Below, in pieces: positions 43,701-61,700 of a stretch of 64,000 nucleotides of DNA. Both the position numbers and the translations under genes were made by a program. Position 1 is the first letter of the stretch. Each line of letters opens with the position of its first letter. The DNA lies in the NCBI GenBank assembly GCA_964016885.1, contig OZ024748.1, positions 40,300,001-40,364,000 on the forward strand. The letters run 5' to 3'. The notes beneath the pieces are model-generated. The model did not search any database. It was not told the origin of the DNA and saw nothing but the letters and a program-made list of their open reading frames with translations. This stretch comes from Eledone cirrhosa. Taxonomy: Eukaryota.

Positions 43701-46700
43701 ACATATAGATCTTGTATAGACCATACACATAGATCTTGTATAGACCATACATATAGATCTTGTATAGACCACACATATATATCTTGTATAGACTATACAT
43801 ATAGATCTTGTGTATAGACCATACATATAGATCTTGTATAGACCATACATATAGATCTTGTATATAGACCATACATATAGATCTTTTATAGACCACACAT
43901 ATAGATCTTGTATATAGACCATACATATAGATCTTGTATAGACCACACATATATATCTTGTATAGACCATACATATAGATCTTGTGTATAGACCATACAT
44001 ATAGATCTTGTATAGACCATACATATAGATCTTGTATATAGACCATACATATAGATCTTGTATAGACCACACATATAGAACTTGTATATAGACCATACAT
44101 ATAGATCTTGTATAGACCATACATATAGATATTGTATAGACCACACATATAGATCTTGTATATAGACCATACATATAGATCTTGTATAGACCATACATAT
44201 AGATCTTGTGTATAGACCATACATATACATCTTGTATAGACCATACATATAGATCTTGTATATAGACCATACATATAGATCTTGTATAGACCATACATAT
44301 AGATCTTGTGTATAGACCATACATATAGATCTTGTGTATAGACTATACATATAGATATTGTATATAGACCACACATATAGATATTGTGTATTGACCATAC
44401 ATATACATCTTGTATAGACCATACATATAGATCTTGTATAGACCATACATATAGATCTTGTATAGACCATACATATAGATCTTGTATATAGACCATACAT
44501 ATAGATCTTGTATAGACCATACATATAGATCTTGTATATAGACCATGCATATAGATCTTGTATAGACCATACATATAGATCTTGTATATAAACCATACAT
44601 ATAGATCTTGTATAGACCATACATATAGATCTTGTATAGACCATACATATTGATCTTGTATATAGTCCATACATATAGATCTTGTATAGACCATACATAT
44701 AGATCTTGTATAGACCATACATATAAATCTTGTATAGACCATACATATAGATCTTGTATAGACCACACATATAGATCTTGTATATAGACCACACATATAG
44801 ATCTTGTATAGACCATACATATAGATCTTGTATAGACCATACATATAGATCTTGTGTATAGACCATACATATAGATCTTGTGTATAGACCACACATATAG
44901 ATCTTGTATAGACCATACATATAGATCTTGTATATAGACCACACATATAGATCTTGTGTATAGACCATACATATAGATATTGTGTAGACCACACATATAG
45001 ATCTTGTATATAGACCACACATATAGATCTTGTATAGACCATACATATAGATTTGTATAGACCATACATATAGATCTTGTGTATAGACCACACATATAGA
45101 TCTTGTATATAGACCATACATATAGATCTTGTATATAGACCACATATATAGATCTTGTGTTGACCATACATATAGATCTTGTAAATAGACCATACATATA
45201 GATCTTGTGTATAGACCATACATATAGATCTTGTATAGACCATACATATAGATCTTGTATAGACACACATATAGATCTTCTATAGACCACACATATAGAT
45301 CTTGTATAGACCACACATATAGATCTTGTATATAGACGATACATATAGATCTTGTATAGACCATACATATAGATCTTGTATAGACCACACATATACATCT
45401 TGTATAGACCATACATATAGATATTGTATAGACCACACACATAGATCTTGTATATAGACCATACATATAGATCTTGTATAGACCATACATATAGATCTTG
45501 TGTATAGACCATACATATACATCTTGTATAGAGCATACATATAGATCTTGTATATAGACCATACATACAGATTTGTATAGACCATACATATAGATCTTGT
45601 ATAGACCATACATATAGATCTTGTATAGACCATACATATAGATCTTGTATAGACCATACATATAGATCTTGTATAGACCATACATATAGATCTTGTATAG
45701 ATCATACATATAGATCTTGTATAGAACATACATATAGATCTTGTATAGACCACACATATATATCTTGTATAAACCATATATATAGATCTTGTGTACAGAC
45801 CATACATATAGAGCTTGTATAGACCATACATATAGATCTTGTATATAGACCATACATATAGATCTTGTATAGACCACACATATAGAACTTGTATATAGAC
45901 CATACATATAGATTTTGTATAGACCACACATATAGATCTTGTATATAGACCATACATATAGATCTTGTATAGATCATACATATAGATATTGTATAGACCA
46001 CACATATAGATCTTGTATATAGACCATACATATAGATCTTGTATAGACCATACATATAGATCTTGTGTATAGACCATACATATACATCTTGTATAGACCA
46101 TACATATAGATCTTGTATATAGACCATACATATAGATCTTGTATAGACCATACATATAGATCTTGTGTATAGACCATACATATAGATCTTGTGTATAGAC
46201 CATACATATAGATATTGTATATAGACCACACATATAGATATTGTGTATTGACCATACATATACTTCTTGTATAGACCATACATATAGATCTTGTATAGAC
46301 CATACATATAGATCTTGTATATAGACCATACATATAGATCTTGTATAGACTATACATATAGATCTTGTATATAGACCATACATATAGATCTTGTATAGAC
46401 CATACATATAGATCTTGTATAGACCATACATGTAGATCTTGTATAGACCATACATATAGATCTTGTATAGACCATACATATAGATCTTGTATATAGACCA
46501 TACATATAGATCTTGTATAGACCATACCTATAGATCTTGTATATAGACCATACATATAGATCTTGTATAGACCATACATATAGATCTTGTATATAGACCA
46601 TACATATAGATCTTGTATAGACCATACATATAGATCTTGTATATAGACCATACATATAGATCTTGTATAGACCATACATATAGATCTTGTATATAGACCA

Positions 46701-49700
46701 TGCATATAGATCTTGTATAGACCATACATATAGATCTTGTATATAGACCATACATATAGATCTTGTATATAGAACATACATATAGATCTTGTATAAACCA
46801 TACATATAGATCTTGTATAGACAGTACATATAGATCTTGTATAGACCATACATATAGATCTTGTATAGACCATAAATATAGATCTTGTATAGACCATACA
46901 TATAGATCTTGTATAGACCATACATATAGATCTTGTATAGACCATACATATAGATCTTGTATAGATCATACATATAAATCTTGTATAGACCATACATATA
47001 GATCTTGTATAGACCACACATATATATCTTGTATAGACCATACATATAGATCTTGTGTATAGACCATACATATAGATCTTGTATAGATCATACATATAGA
47101 TCTTGTATATAGACCATACATATAGATCTTGTATATAGACCACACATATAGATCTTGTATAGACCATACATATAGATCTTGTATAGACCATACATATAGA
47201 TCTTGTGTATAGACCACACATATAGATCTTGTATATAGACCATACATATAGATCTTGTATATAGACCACACATATAGATCTTGTGTTGACCATACATATA
47301 GATCTTGTAAATAGACCATACATATAGATCTTGTGTATAGACCATACATATAGATCTTGTATAGACCATACATATAGATCTTGTATAGACCACACATATA
47401 GATCTTCTATAGACCACACATATAGATCTTGTATAGACCACACATATAGATCTTGTATATAGACGATACATATAGATCTTGTATAGACCATACATATAGA
47501 TCTTGTGTAGACCACACATATACATCTTGTATAGACCATACATATAGATATTGTATAGACCACACATATAGATCTTGTATATAGACCATACATATAGATC
47601 TTGTATAGACCATACATATAGATCTTGTGTATAGACCATACATATACATCTTGTATAGAACATACATATAGATCTTGTATATAGACCATACATACAGATC
47701 TTGTATAGACCATACATATAGATCTTGTATAGACCATACATATAGATCTTGTATAGACCATACATATAGACCTTGTATAGACCATACATATAGATCTTGT
47801 ATAGATCATACATATAGATCTTGTATAGATCATACATATAGATCTTGTATAGACCATACATATAGATCTTGTATAGACCACACATATATATCTTGTATAG
47901 ACCATACATATAGATCTTGTGTATAGACCATACATAGAAGATCTTGTATAGACCATACATATAGATCTTGTATATAGACCATACATATAGATCTTGTATA
48001 GACCACACATATAGATCTTGTATATAGATCATACATATAGATTTTGTATAGACCACACATATAGATCTTGTATATAGACCATGCATATAGATCTTGTATA
48101 GACCATACATATAGATCTTGTATATAGACCATACATATAGATCTTGTATAGACCATACATATAGATCTTGTATAGACCATACATATTGATCTTGTATATA
48201 GTCCATACATATAGATCTTGTATAGACCATACATATAGATCTTGTATAGACCATACATATAGAACTTGTATAGACCATACATATAGATCTTGTATAGACC
48301 ACACATATAGATCTTGTATATAGACAACACATATAGATCTTGTATAGACCATACATATAGATCTTGTATAGACCATACATATAGATCTTGTGTATAGACC
48401 ATACATATAGATCTTGTGTATAGACCACACATATAGATCTTGTATAGACCATACATATAGATCTTGTATATAGACCACACATATAGATCTTGTGTATAGA
48501 CCATACATATAGATATTGTGTAGACCACACATATAGATCTTGTATATAGACCACACATATAGATCTTGTATAGACCATACATATAGATTTGTATAGACCA
48601 TACATATAGATCTTGTGTATAGACCACACATATAGATCTTGTATATAGACCATACATATAGATCTTGTATATAGACCACACATATAGATCTTGTGTTGAC
48701 CATACATATAGATCTTGTAAATAGACCATACATATAGATCTTGTGTATAGACCATACATATAGATCTTGTATAGACCATACATATAGATCTTGTATAGAC
48801 CATACATATAGATCTTGTATAGACCATACATATAGATCTTGTATAGACCATACATATAGATCTTGTATAGACCATACATATAGATCTTGTATAGACCATA
48901 CATATAGATCTTGTATAGACCATACATATATATCTTGTATATAGACCACACATATAGATCTTGTATAGACCATACATATAGATCTTGTATAGACCATACA
49001 TATAGATCTTGTGTATAGACCATACATATAGATCTTGTGCATAGACCACACATATAGATCTTGTATATAGACCATGCATATAGATCTTGTATAGACCATA
49101 CATATAGATCTTGTATATAGACCATACATATAGATCTTGTATAGACCATACATATAGATCTTGTATAGACCATACATATTGATCTTGTATATAGTCCATA
49201 CATATAGATCTTGTATAGACCATACATATAGATCTTGTATAGACCATACATATAGATCTTGTATAGACCATACATATAGATCTTGTATAGACCACACATA
49301 TATATCTTGTATATAGACCACACATATAGATCTTGTATAGACCATACATATAGATCTTGTATAGACCATACATATAGATCTTGTGTATAGACCATACATA
49401 TAGATCTTGTGTATAGACCACACATATAGATCTTGTATAGACCATACATATAGATCTTGTATATAGACCACACATATAGATCTTGTGTATAGACCATACA
49501 TATAGATATTGTGTAGACCACACATATAGATCTTGTATATAGACCACACATATAGATCTTGTATAGACCATACATATAGATTTGTATAGACCATACATAT
49601 AGATCTTGTGTATAGACCACACATATAGATCTTGTATATAGACCATACATATAGATCTTGTATATACACCACACATATAGATCTTGTGTTGACCATACAT

Positions 49701-52700
49701 ATAGATCTTGTAAATAGACCATACATATAGATCTTGTGTATAGACCATACATATAGATCTTGTATAGACCATACATATAGATCTTGTATAGACCACACAT
49801 ATAGATCTTCTATAGACCACACATATAGATCTTGTATAGACCACACATATAGATCTTGTATATAGACGATACATATAGATCTTGTATAGACCATACATAT
49901 AGATCTTGTATAGACCACACATATACATCTTGTATAGACCATACATATAGATATTGTATAGACCACACATATAGATCTTGTATATAGACCATACATATAG
50001 ATCTGGTATAGACCATACATATAGATCTTGTGTATAGACCATACATATACATCTTGTATAGAACATACATATAGATCTTGTATATAGACCATACATATAG
50101 ATCTTGTATAGACCATACATATAGATCTTGTATAGACCATACATATAGATCTTGTATAGACCATACATATAGATCTTGTATAGACAATACATATAGATCT
50201 TGTATAGACCATACATATAGATCTTGTATAGACCATACATATAGATCTTGTATAGACCATACATATAGATCTTGTATAGACCACACATATATATCTTGTA
50301 TAGACTATACATATAGATCTTGTGTATAGACCATACATATAGATCTTGTATAGACCATACATATAGATCTTGTATATAGACCATACATATAGATCTTGTA
50401 TAGACCACATATATAGATCTTGTATATAGACCATACATATAGATCTTGTATAGACCACACATATATATCTTGTATAGACCATACATATAGATCTTGTGTA
50501 TAGACCATACATATAGATCTTGTATAGACCATACATATAGATCTTGTATATAGACCATACATATAGATCTTGTATAGACCACACATATAGATCTTGTATA
50601 TAGACCATACATATAGATCTTGTATAGACCATACATATAGATATTGTATAGACAACACATATAGATCTTGTATATAGACCATACATATAGATCTTGTATA
50701 GACCATACATATAGATCTTGTGTATAGACCATACATATACATCTTGTATAGACCATACATATAGATCTTGTATATAGACCATACATATAGATCTTGTATA
50801 GACCATACATATAGATCTTGTGTATAGACCATACATATAGATCTTGTGTATAGACTATACATATAGATATTGTATATAGACCACACATATAGATATTGTG
50901 TATTGACCATACATATACATCTTGTATAGACCATACATATAGATCTTGTATAGACCATACATATAGATCTTGTATAGACCATACATATAGATCTTGTATA
51001 TAGACCATACATATAGATCTTGTATAGACCATACATATAGATCTTGTATATAGACCATGCATATAGATCTTGTATAGACCATACATATAGATCTTGTATA
51101 TAAACCATACATATAGATCTTGTATAGACCATACATATAGATCTTGTATAGACCATACATATTGATCTTGTATATAGTCCATACATATAGATCTTGTATA
51201 GACCATACATATAGATCTTGTATAGACCATACATATAAATCTTGTATAGACCATACATATAGATCTTGTATAGACCACACATATAGATCTTGTATATAGA
51301 CCACACATATAGATCTTGTATATAGACCATACATATAGATCTTGTATATAGACCACATATATAGATCTTGTGTTGACCATACATATAGATCTTGTAAATA
51401 GACCATACATATAGATCTTGTGTATAGACCATACATATAGATCTTGTATAGACCATACATATAGATCTTGTATAGACACACATATAGATCTTCTATAGAC
51501 CACACATATAGATCTTGTATAGACCACACATATAGATCTTGTATATAGACGATACATATAGATCTTGTATAGACCATACATATAGATCTTGTATAGACCA
51601 CACATATACATCTTGTATAGACCATACATATAGATATTGTATAGACCACACACATAGATCTTGTATATAGACCATATATATAGATCTTGTATAGACCATA
51701 CATATAGATCTTGTGTATAGACCATACATATACATCTTGTATAGAGCATACATATAGATCTTGTATATAGACCATACATACAGATTTGTATAGACCATAC
51801 ATATAGATCTTGTATAGACCATACATATAGATCTTGTATAGACCATACATATAGATCTTGTATAGACCATACATATAGATCTTGTATAGACCATACATAT
51901 AGATCTTGTATAGATCATACATATAGATCTTGTATAGAACATACATATAGATCTTGTATAGACCACACATATATATCTTGTATAAACCATATATATAGAT
52001 CTTGTGTACAGACCATACATATAGAGCTTGTATAGACCATACATATAGATCTTGTATATAGACCATACATATAGATCTTGTATAGACCACACATATAGAA
52101 CTTGTATATAGACCATACATATAGATTTTGTATAGACCACACATATAGATCTTGTATATAGACCATACATATAGATCTTGTATAGATCATACATATAGAT
52201 ATTGTATAGACCACACATATAGATCTTGTATATAGACCATACATATAGATCTTGTATAGACCATACATATAGATCTTGTGTATAGACCATACATATACAT
52301 CTTGTATAGACCATACATATAGATCTTGTATATAGACCATACATATAGATCTTGTATAGACCATACATATAGATCTTGTGTATAGACCATACATATAGAT
52401 CTTGTGTATAGACCATACATATAGATATTGTATATAGACCACACATATAGATATTGTGTATTGACCATACATATACTTCTTGTATAGACCATACATATAG
52501 ATCTTGTATAGACCATACATATAGATCTTGTATATAGACCATACATATAGATCTTGTATAGACTATACATATAGATCTTGTATATAGACCATACATATAG
52601 ATCTTGTATAGACCATACATATAGATCTTGTATAGACCATACATGTAGATCTTGTATAGACCATACATATAGATCTTGTATAGACCATACATATAGATCT

Positions 52701-55700
52701 TGTATATAGACCATACATATAGATCTTGTATAGACCATACCTATAGATCTTGTATATAGACCATACATATAGATCTTGTATAGACCATACATATAGATCT
52801 TGTATATAGACCATACATATAGATCTTGTATAGACCATACATATAGATCTTGTATATAGACCATACATATAGATCTTGTATAGACCATACATATAGATCT
52901 TGTATATAGACCATGCATATAGATCTTGTATAGACCATACATATAGATCTTGTATATAGACCATACATATAGATCTTGTATATAGAACATACATATAGAT
53001 CTTGTATAAACCATACATATAGATCTTGTATAGACAGTACATATAGATCTTGTATAGACCATACATATAGATCTTGTATAGACCATAAATATAGATCTTG
53101 TATAGACCATACATATAGATCTTGTATAGACCATACATATAGATCTTGTATAGACCATACATATAGATCTTGTATAGATCATACATATAAATCTTGTATA
53201 GACCATACATATAGATCTTGTATAGACCACACATATATATCTTGTATAGACCATACATATAGATCTTGTGTATAGACCATACATATAGATCTTGTATAGA
53301 TCATACATATAGATCTTGTATATAGACCATACATATAGATCTTGTATATAGACCACACATATAGATCTTGTATAGACCATACATATAGATCTTGTATAGA
53401 CCATACATATAGATCTTGTATAGACCATACATATAAATCTTGTATAGACCATACATATAGATCTTGTATAGACCACACATATAGATCTTGTATATAGACC
53501 ACACATATAGATCTTGTATATAGACCATACATATAGATCTTGTATATAGACCACATATATAGATCTTGTGTTGACCATACATATAGATCTTGTAAATAGA
53601 CCATACATATAGATCTTGTGTATAGACCATACATATAGATCTTGTATAGACCATACATATAGATCTTGTATAGACACACATATAGATCTTCTATAGACCA
53701 CACATATAGATCTTGTATAGACCACACATATAGATCTTGTATATAGACGATACATATAGATCTTGTATAGACCATACATATAGATCTTGTATAGACCACA
53801 CATATACATCTTGTATAGACCATACATATAGATATTGTATAGACCACACACATAGATCTTGTATATAGACCATACATATAGATCTTGTATAGACCATACA
53901 TATAGATCTTGTGTATAGACCATACATATACATCTTGTATAGAGCATACATATAGATCTTGTATATAGACCATACATACAGATTTGTATAGACCATACAT
54001 ATAGATCTTGTATAGACCATACATATAGATCTTGTATAGACCATACATATAGATCTTGTATAGACCATACATATAGATCTTGTATAGACCATACATATAG
54101 AATTTGTATAGATCATACATATAGATCTTGTATAGAACATACATATAGATCTTGTATAGACCACACATATATATCTTGTATAAACCATATATATAGATCT
54201 TGTGTACAGACCATACATATAGAGCTTGTATAGACCATACATATAGATCTTGTATATAGACCATACATATAGATCTTGTATAGACCACACATATAGAACT
54301 TGTATATAGACCATACATATAGATTTTGTATAGACCACACATATAGATCTTGTATATAGACCATACATATAGATCTTGTATAGATCATACATATAGATAT
54401 TGTATAGACCACACATATAGATCTTGTATATAGACCATACATATAGATCTTGTATAGACCATACATATAGATCTTGTGTATAGACCATACATATACATCT
54501 TGTATAGACCATACATATAGATCTTGTATATAGACCATACATATAGATCTTGTATAGACCATACATATAGATCTTGTGTATAGACCATACATATAGATCT
54601 TGTGTATAGACCATACATATAGATATTGTATATAGACCACACATATAGATATTGTGTATTGACCATACATATACTTCTTGTATAGACCATACATATAGAT
54701 CTTGTATAGACCATACATATAGATCTTGTATATAGACCATACATATAGATCTTGTATAGACTATACATATAGATCTTGTATATAGACCATACATATAGAT
54801 CTTGTATAGACCATACATATAGATCTTGTATAGACCATACATGTAGATCTTGTATAGACCATACATATAGATCTTGTATAGACCATACATATAGATCTTG
54901 TATATAGACCATACATATAGATCTTGTATAGACCATACCTATAGATCTTGTATATAGACCATACATATAGATCTTGTATAGACCATACATATAGATCTTG
55001 TATATAGACCATACATATAGATCTTGTATAGACCATACATATAGATCTTGTATATAGACCATACATATAGATCTTGTATAGACCATACATATAGATCTTG
55101 TATATAGACCATGCATATAGATCTTGTATAGACCATACATATAGATCTTGTATATAGACCATACATATAGATCTTGTATATAGAACATACATATAGATCT
55201 TGTATAAACCATACATATAGATCTTGTATAGACAGTACATATAGATCTTGTATAGACCATACATATAGATCTTGTATAGACCATAAATATAGATCTTGTA
55301 TAGACCATACATATAGATCTTGTATAGACCATACATATAGATCTTGTATAGACCATACATATAGATCTTGTATAGATCATACATATAAATCTTGTATAGA
55401 CCATACATATAGATCTTGTATAGACCACACATATATATCTTGTATAGACCATACATATAGATCTTGTGTATAGACCATACATATAGATCTTGTATAGATC
55501 ATACATATAGATCTTGTATATAGACCATACATATAGATCTTGTATATAGACCACACATATAGATCTTGTATAGACCATACATATAGATCTTGTATAGACC
55601 ATACATATAGATCTTGTGTATAGACCACACATATAGATCTTGTATATAGACCATACATATAGATCTTGTATATAGACCACACATATAGATCTTGTGTTGA

Positions 55701-58700
55701 CCATACATATAGATCTTGTAAATAGACCATACATATAGATCTTGTGTATAGACCATACATATAGATCTTGTATAGACCATACATATAGATCTTGTATAGA
55801 CCACACATATAGATCTTCTATAGACCACACATATAGATCTTGTATAGACCACACATATAGATCTTGTATATAGACGATACATATAGATCTTGTATAGACC
55901 ATACATATAGATCTTGTGTAGACCACACATATACATCTTGTATAGACCATACATATAGATATTGTATAGACCACACATATAGATCTTGTATATAGACCAT
56001 ACATATAGATCTTGTATAGACCATACATATAGATCTTGTGTATAGACCATACATATACATCTTGTATAGAACATACATATAGATCTTGTATATAGACCAT
56101 ACATACAGATCTTGTATAGACCATACATATAGATCTTGTATAGACCATACATATAGATCTTGTATAGACCATACATATAGACCTTGTATAGACCATACAT
56201 ATAGATCTTGTATAGACCATACATATAGATCTTGTATAGATCATACATATAGATCTTGTATAGACCATACATATAGATCTTGTATAGACCACACATATAT
56301 ATCTTGTATAGACCATACATATAGATCTTGTGTATAGACCATACATAGAAGATCTTGTATAGACCATACATATAGATCTTGTATATAGACCATACATATA
56401 GATCTTGTATAGACCACACATATAGATCTTGTATATAGATCATACATATAGATTTTGTATAGACCACACATATAGATCTTGTATATAGACCATGCATATA
56501 GATCTTGTATAGACCATACATATAGATCTTGTATATAGACCATACATATAGATCTTGTATAGACCATACATATAGATCTTGTATAGACCATACATATTGA
56601 TCTTGTATATAGTCCATACATATAGATCTTGTATAGACCATACATATAGATCTTGTATAGACCATACATATAGAACTTGTATAGACCATACATATAGATC
56701 TTGTATAGACCACACATATAGATCTTGTATATAGACCACACATATAGATCTTGTATAGACCATACATATAGATCTTGTATAGACCATACATATAGATCTT
56801 GTGTATAGACCATACATATAGATCTTGTGTATAGACCACACATATAGATCTTGTATAGACCATACATATAGATCTTGTATATAGAACACACATATAGATC
56901 TTGTGTATAGACCATACATATAGATATTGTGTAGACCACACATATAGATCTTGTATATAGACCACACATATAGATCTTGTATAGACCATACATATAGATT
57001 TGTATAGACCATACATATAGATCTTGTGTATAGACCACACATATAGATCTTCTATATAGACCATACATATAGATCTTGTATATAGACCACACATATAGAT
57101 CTTGTGTTGACCATACATATAGATCTTGTAAATAGACCATACATATAGATCTTGTGTATAGACCATACATATAGATCTTGTATAGACCATACATATAGAT
57201 CTTGTATAGACCATACATATAGATCTTGTATAGACCATACATATAGATCTTGTATAGACCATACATATAGATCTTGTATAGACCATACATATAGATCTTG
57301 TATAGACCATACATATAGATCTTGTATAGACCATACATATATATCTTGTATATAGACCACACATATAGATCTTGTATAGACCATACATATAGATCTTGTA
57401 TAGACCATACATATAGATCTTGTGTATAGACCATACATATAGATCTTGTGCATAGACCACACATATAGATCTTGTATATAGACCATGCATATAGATCTTG
57501 TATAGACCATACATATAGATCTTGTATATAGACCATACATATAGATCTTGTATAGACCATACATATAGATCTTGTATAGACCATACATATTGATCTTGTA
57601 TATAGTCCATACATATAGATCTTGTATAGACCATACATATAGATCTTGTATAGACCATACATATAGATCTTGTATAGACCATACATATAGATCTTGTATA
57701 GACCACACATATATATCTTGTATATAGACCACACATATAGATCTTGTATAGACCATACATATAGATCTTGTATAGACCATACATATAGATCTTGTGTATA
57801 GACCATACATATAGATCTTGTGTATAGACCACACATATAGATCTTGTATAGACCATACATATAGATCTTGTATATAGACCACACATATAGATCTTGTGTA
57901 TAGACCATACATATAGATATTGTGTAGACCACACATATAGATCTTGTATATAGACCACACATATAGATCTTGTATAGACCATACATATAGATTTGTATAG
58001 ACCATACATATAGATCTTGTGTATAGACCACACATATAGATCTTGTATATAGACCATACATATAGATCTTGTATATACACCACACATATAGATCTTGTGT
58101 TGACCATACATATAGATCTTGTAAATAGACCATACATATAGATCTTGTGTATAGACCATACATATAGATCTTGTATAGACCATACATATAGATCTTGTAT
58201 AGACCACACATATAGATCTTCTATAGACCACACATATAGATCTTGTATAGACCACACATATAGATCTTGTATATAGACGATACATATAGATCTTGTATAG
58301 ACCATACATATAGATCTTGTATAGACCACACATATACATCTTGTATAGACCATACATATAGATATTGTATAGACCACACATATAGATCTTGTATATAGAC
58401 CATACATATAGATCTGGTATAGACCATACATATAGATCTTGTGTATAGACCATACATATACATCTTGTATAGAACATACATATAGATCTTGTATATAGAC
58501 CATACATATAGATCTTGTATAGACCATACATATAGATCTTGTATAGACCATACATATAGATCTTGTATAGACCATACATATAGATCTTGTATAGACAATA
58601 CATATAGATCTTGTATAGACCATACATATAGATCTTGTATAGACCATACATATAGATCTTGTATAGACCATACATATAGATCTTGTATAGACCACACATA

Positions 58701-61700
58701 TATATCTTGTATAGACTATACATATAGATCTTGTGTATAGACCATACATATAGATCTTGTATAGACCATACATATAGATCTTGTATATAGACCATACATA
58801 TAGATCTTGTATAGACCACATATATAGATCTTGTATATAGACCATACATATAGATCTTGTATAGACCACACATATATATCTTGTATAGACCATACATATA
58901 GATCTTGTGTATAGACCATACATATAGATCTTGTATAGACCATACATATAGATCTTGTATATAGACCATACATATAGATCTTGTATAGACCACACATATA
59001 GATCTTGTATATAGACCATACATATAGATTTGTATAGACCATACATATAGATATTGTATAGACAACACATATAGATCTTGTATATAGACCATACATATAG
59101 ATCTTGTATAGACCATACATATAGATCTTGTGTATAGACCATACATATACATCTTGTATAGACCATACATATAGATCTTGTATATAGACCATACATATAG
59201 ATCTTGTATAGACCATACATATAGATCTTGTGTATAGACCATACATATAGATCTTGTGTATAGACTATACATATAGATATTGTATATAGACCACACATAT
59301 AGATATTGTGTATTGACCATACATATACATCTTGTATAGACCATACATATAGATCTTGTATAGACCATACATATAGATCTTGTATAGACCATACATATAG
59401 ATCTTGTATATAGACCATACATATAGATCTTGTATAGACCATACATATAGATCTTGTATATAGACCATGCATATAGATCTTGTATAGACCATACATATAG
59501 ATCTTGTATATAAACCATACATATAGATCTTGTATAGACCATACATATAGATCTTGTATAGACCATACATATTGATCTTGTATATAGTCCATACATATAG
59601 ATCTTGTATAGACCATACATATAGATCTTGTATAGACCATACATATAAATCTTGTATAGACCATACATATAGATCTTGTATAGACCACACATATAGATCT
59701 TGTATATAGACCACACATATAGATCTTGTATAGACCATACATATAGATCTTGTATAGACCATACATATAGATCTTGTGTATAGACCATACATATAGATCT
59801 TGTGTATAGACCACACATATAGATCTTGTATAGACCATACATATAGATCTTGTATATAGACCACACATATAGATCTTGTGTATAGACCATACATATAGAT
59901 ATTGTGTAGACCACACATATAGATCTTGTATATAGACCACACATATAGATCTTGTATAGACCATACATATAGATTTGTATAGACCATACATATAGATCTT
60001 GTGTATAGACCACACATATAGATCTTGTATATAGACCATACATATAGATCTTGTATATAGACCACATATATAGATCTTGTGTTGACCACACATATAGATC
60101 TTGTAAATAGACCATACATATAGATCTTGTGTATAGACCATTCATATAGATCTTGTATAGACCATACATATAGATCTTGTATAGACACACATATAGATCT
60201 TCTATAGACCACACATATAGATCTTGTATAGACCACACATATAGATCTTGTATATAGACGATACATATAGATCTTGTATAGACCATACATATAGATCTTG
60301 TATAGACCACACATATACATCTTGTATAGACCATACATATAGATATTGTATAGACCACACACATAGATCTTGTATATAGACCATACATATAGATCTTGTA
60401 TAGACCATACATATAGATCTTGTGTATAGACCATACATATACATCTTGTATAGAGCATACATATAGATCTTGTATATAGACCATACATACAGATCTTGTA
60501 TAGACCATACATATAGATCTTGTATAGACCATACATATAGATCTTGTATAGACCATACATATAGATCTTGTATAGACCATACATATAGATCTTGTATAGA
60601 CCATACATATAGATCTTGTATAGATCATACATATAGATCTTGTATAGAACATACATATAGATCTTGTATAGACCACACATATATATCTTGTATAAACCAT
60701 ATATATAGATCTTGTGTACAGACCATACATATAGAGCTTGTATAGACCATACATATAGATCTTGTATATAGACCATACATATAGATCTTGTATAGACCAC
60801 ACATATAGAACTTGTATATAGACCATACATATAGATTTTGTATAGACCACACATATAGATCTTGTATATAGACCATACATATAGATCTTGTATAGATCAT
60901 ACATATAGATATTGTATAGACCACACATATAGATCTTGTATATAGACCATACATATAGATCTTGTATAGACCATACATATAGATCTTGTGTATAGACCAT
61001 ACATATACATCTTGTATAGACCATACATATAGATCTTGTATATAGACCATACATATAGATCTTGTATAGACCATACATATAGATCTTGTGTATAGACCAT
61101 ACATATAGATCTTGTGTATAGACCATACATATAGATATTGTATATAGACCACACATATAGATATTGTGTATTGACCATACATATACTTCTTGTATAGACC
61201 ATACATATAGATCTTGTATAGACCATACATATAGATCTTGTATATAGACCATACATATAGATCTTGTATAGACTATACATATAGATCTTGTATATAGACC
61301 ATACATATAGATCTTGTATAGACCATACATATAGATCTTGTATAGACCATACATGTAGATCTTGTATAGACCATACATATAGATCTTGTATAGACCATAC
61401 ATATAGATCTTGTATATAGACCATACATATAGATCTTGTATAGACCATACCTATAGATCTTGTATATAGACCATACATATAGATCTTGTATAGACCATAC
61501 ATATAGATCTTGTATATAGACCATACATATAGATGTTGTATAGACCATACATATAGATCTTGTATATAGACCATACATATAGATCTTGTATAGACCATAC
61601 ATATAGATCTTGTATATAGACCATGCATATAGATCTTGTATAGACCATACATATAGATCTTGTATATAGACCATACATATAGATCTTGTATATAGAACAT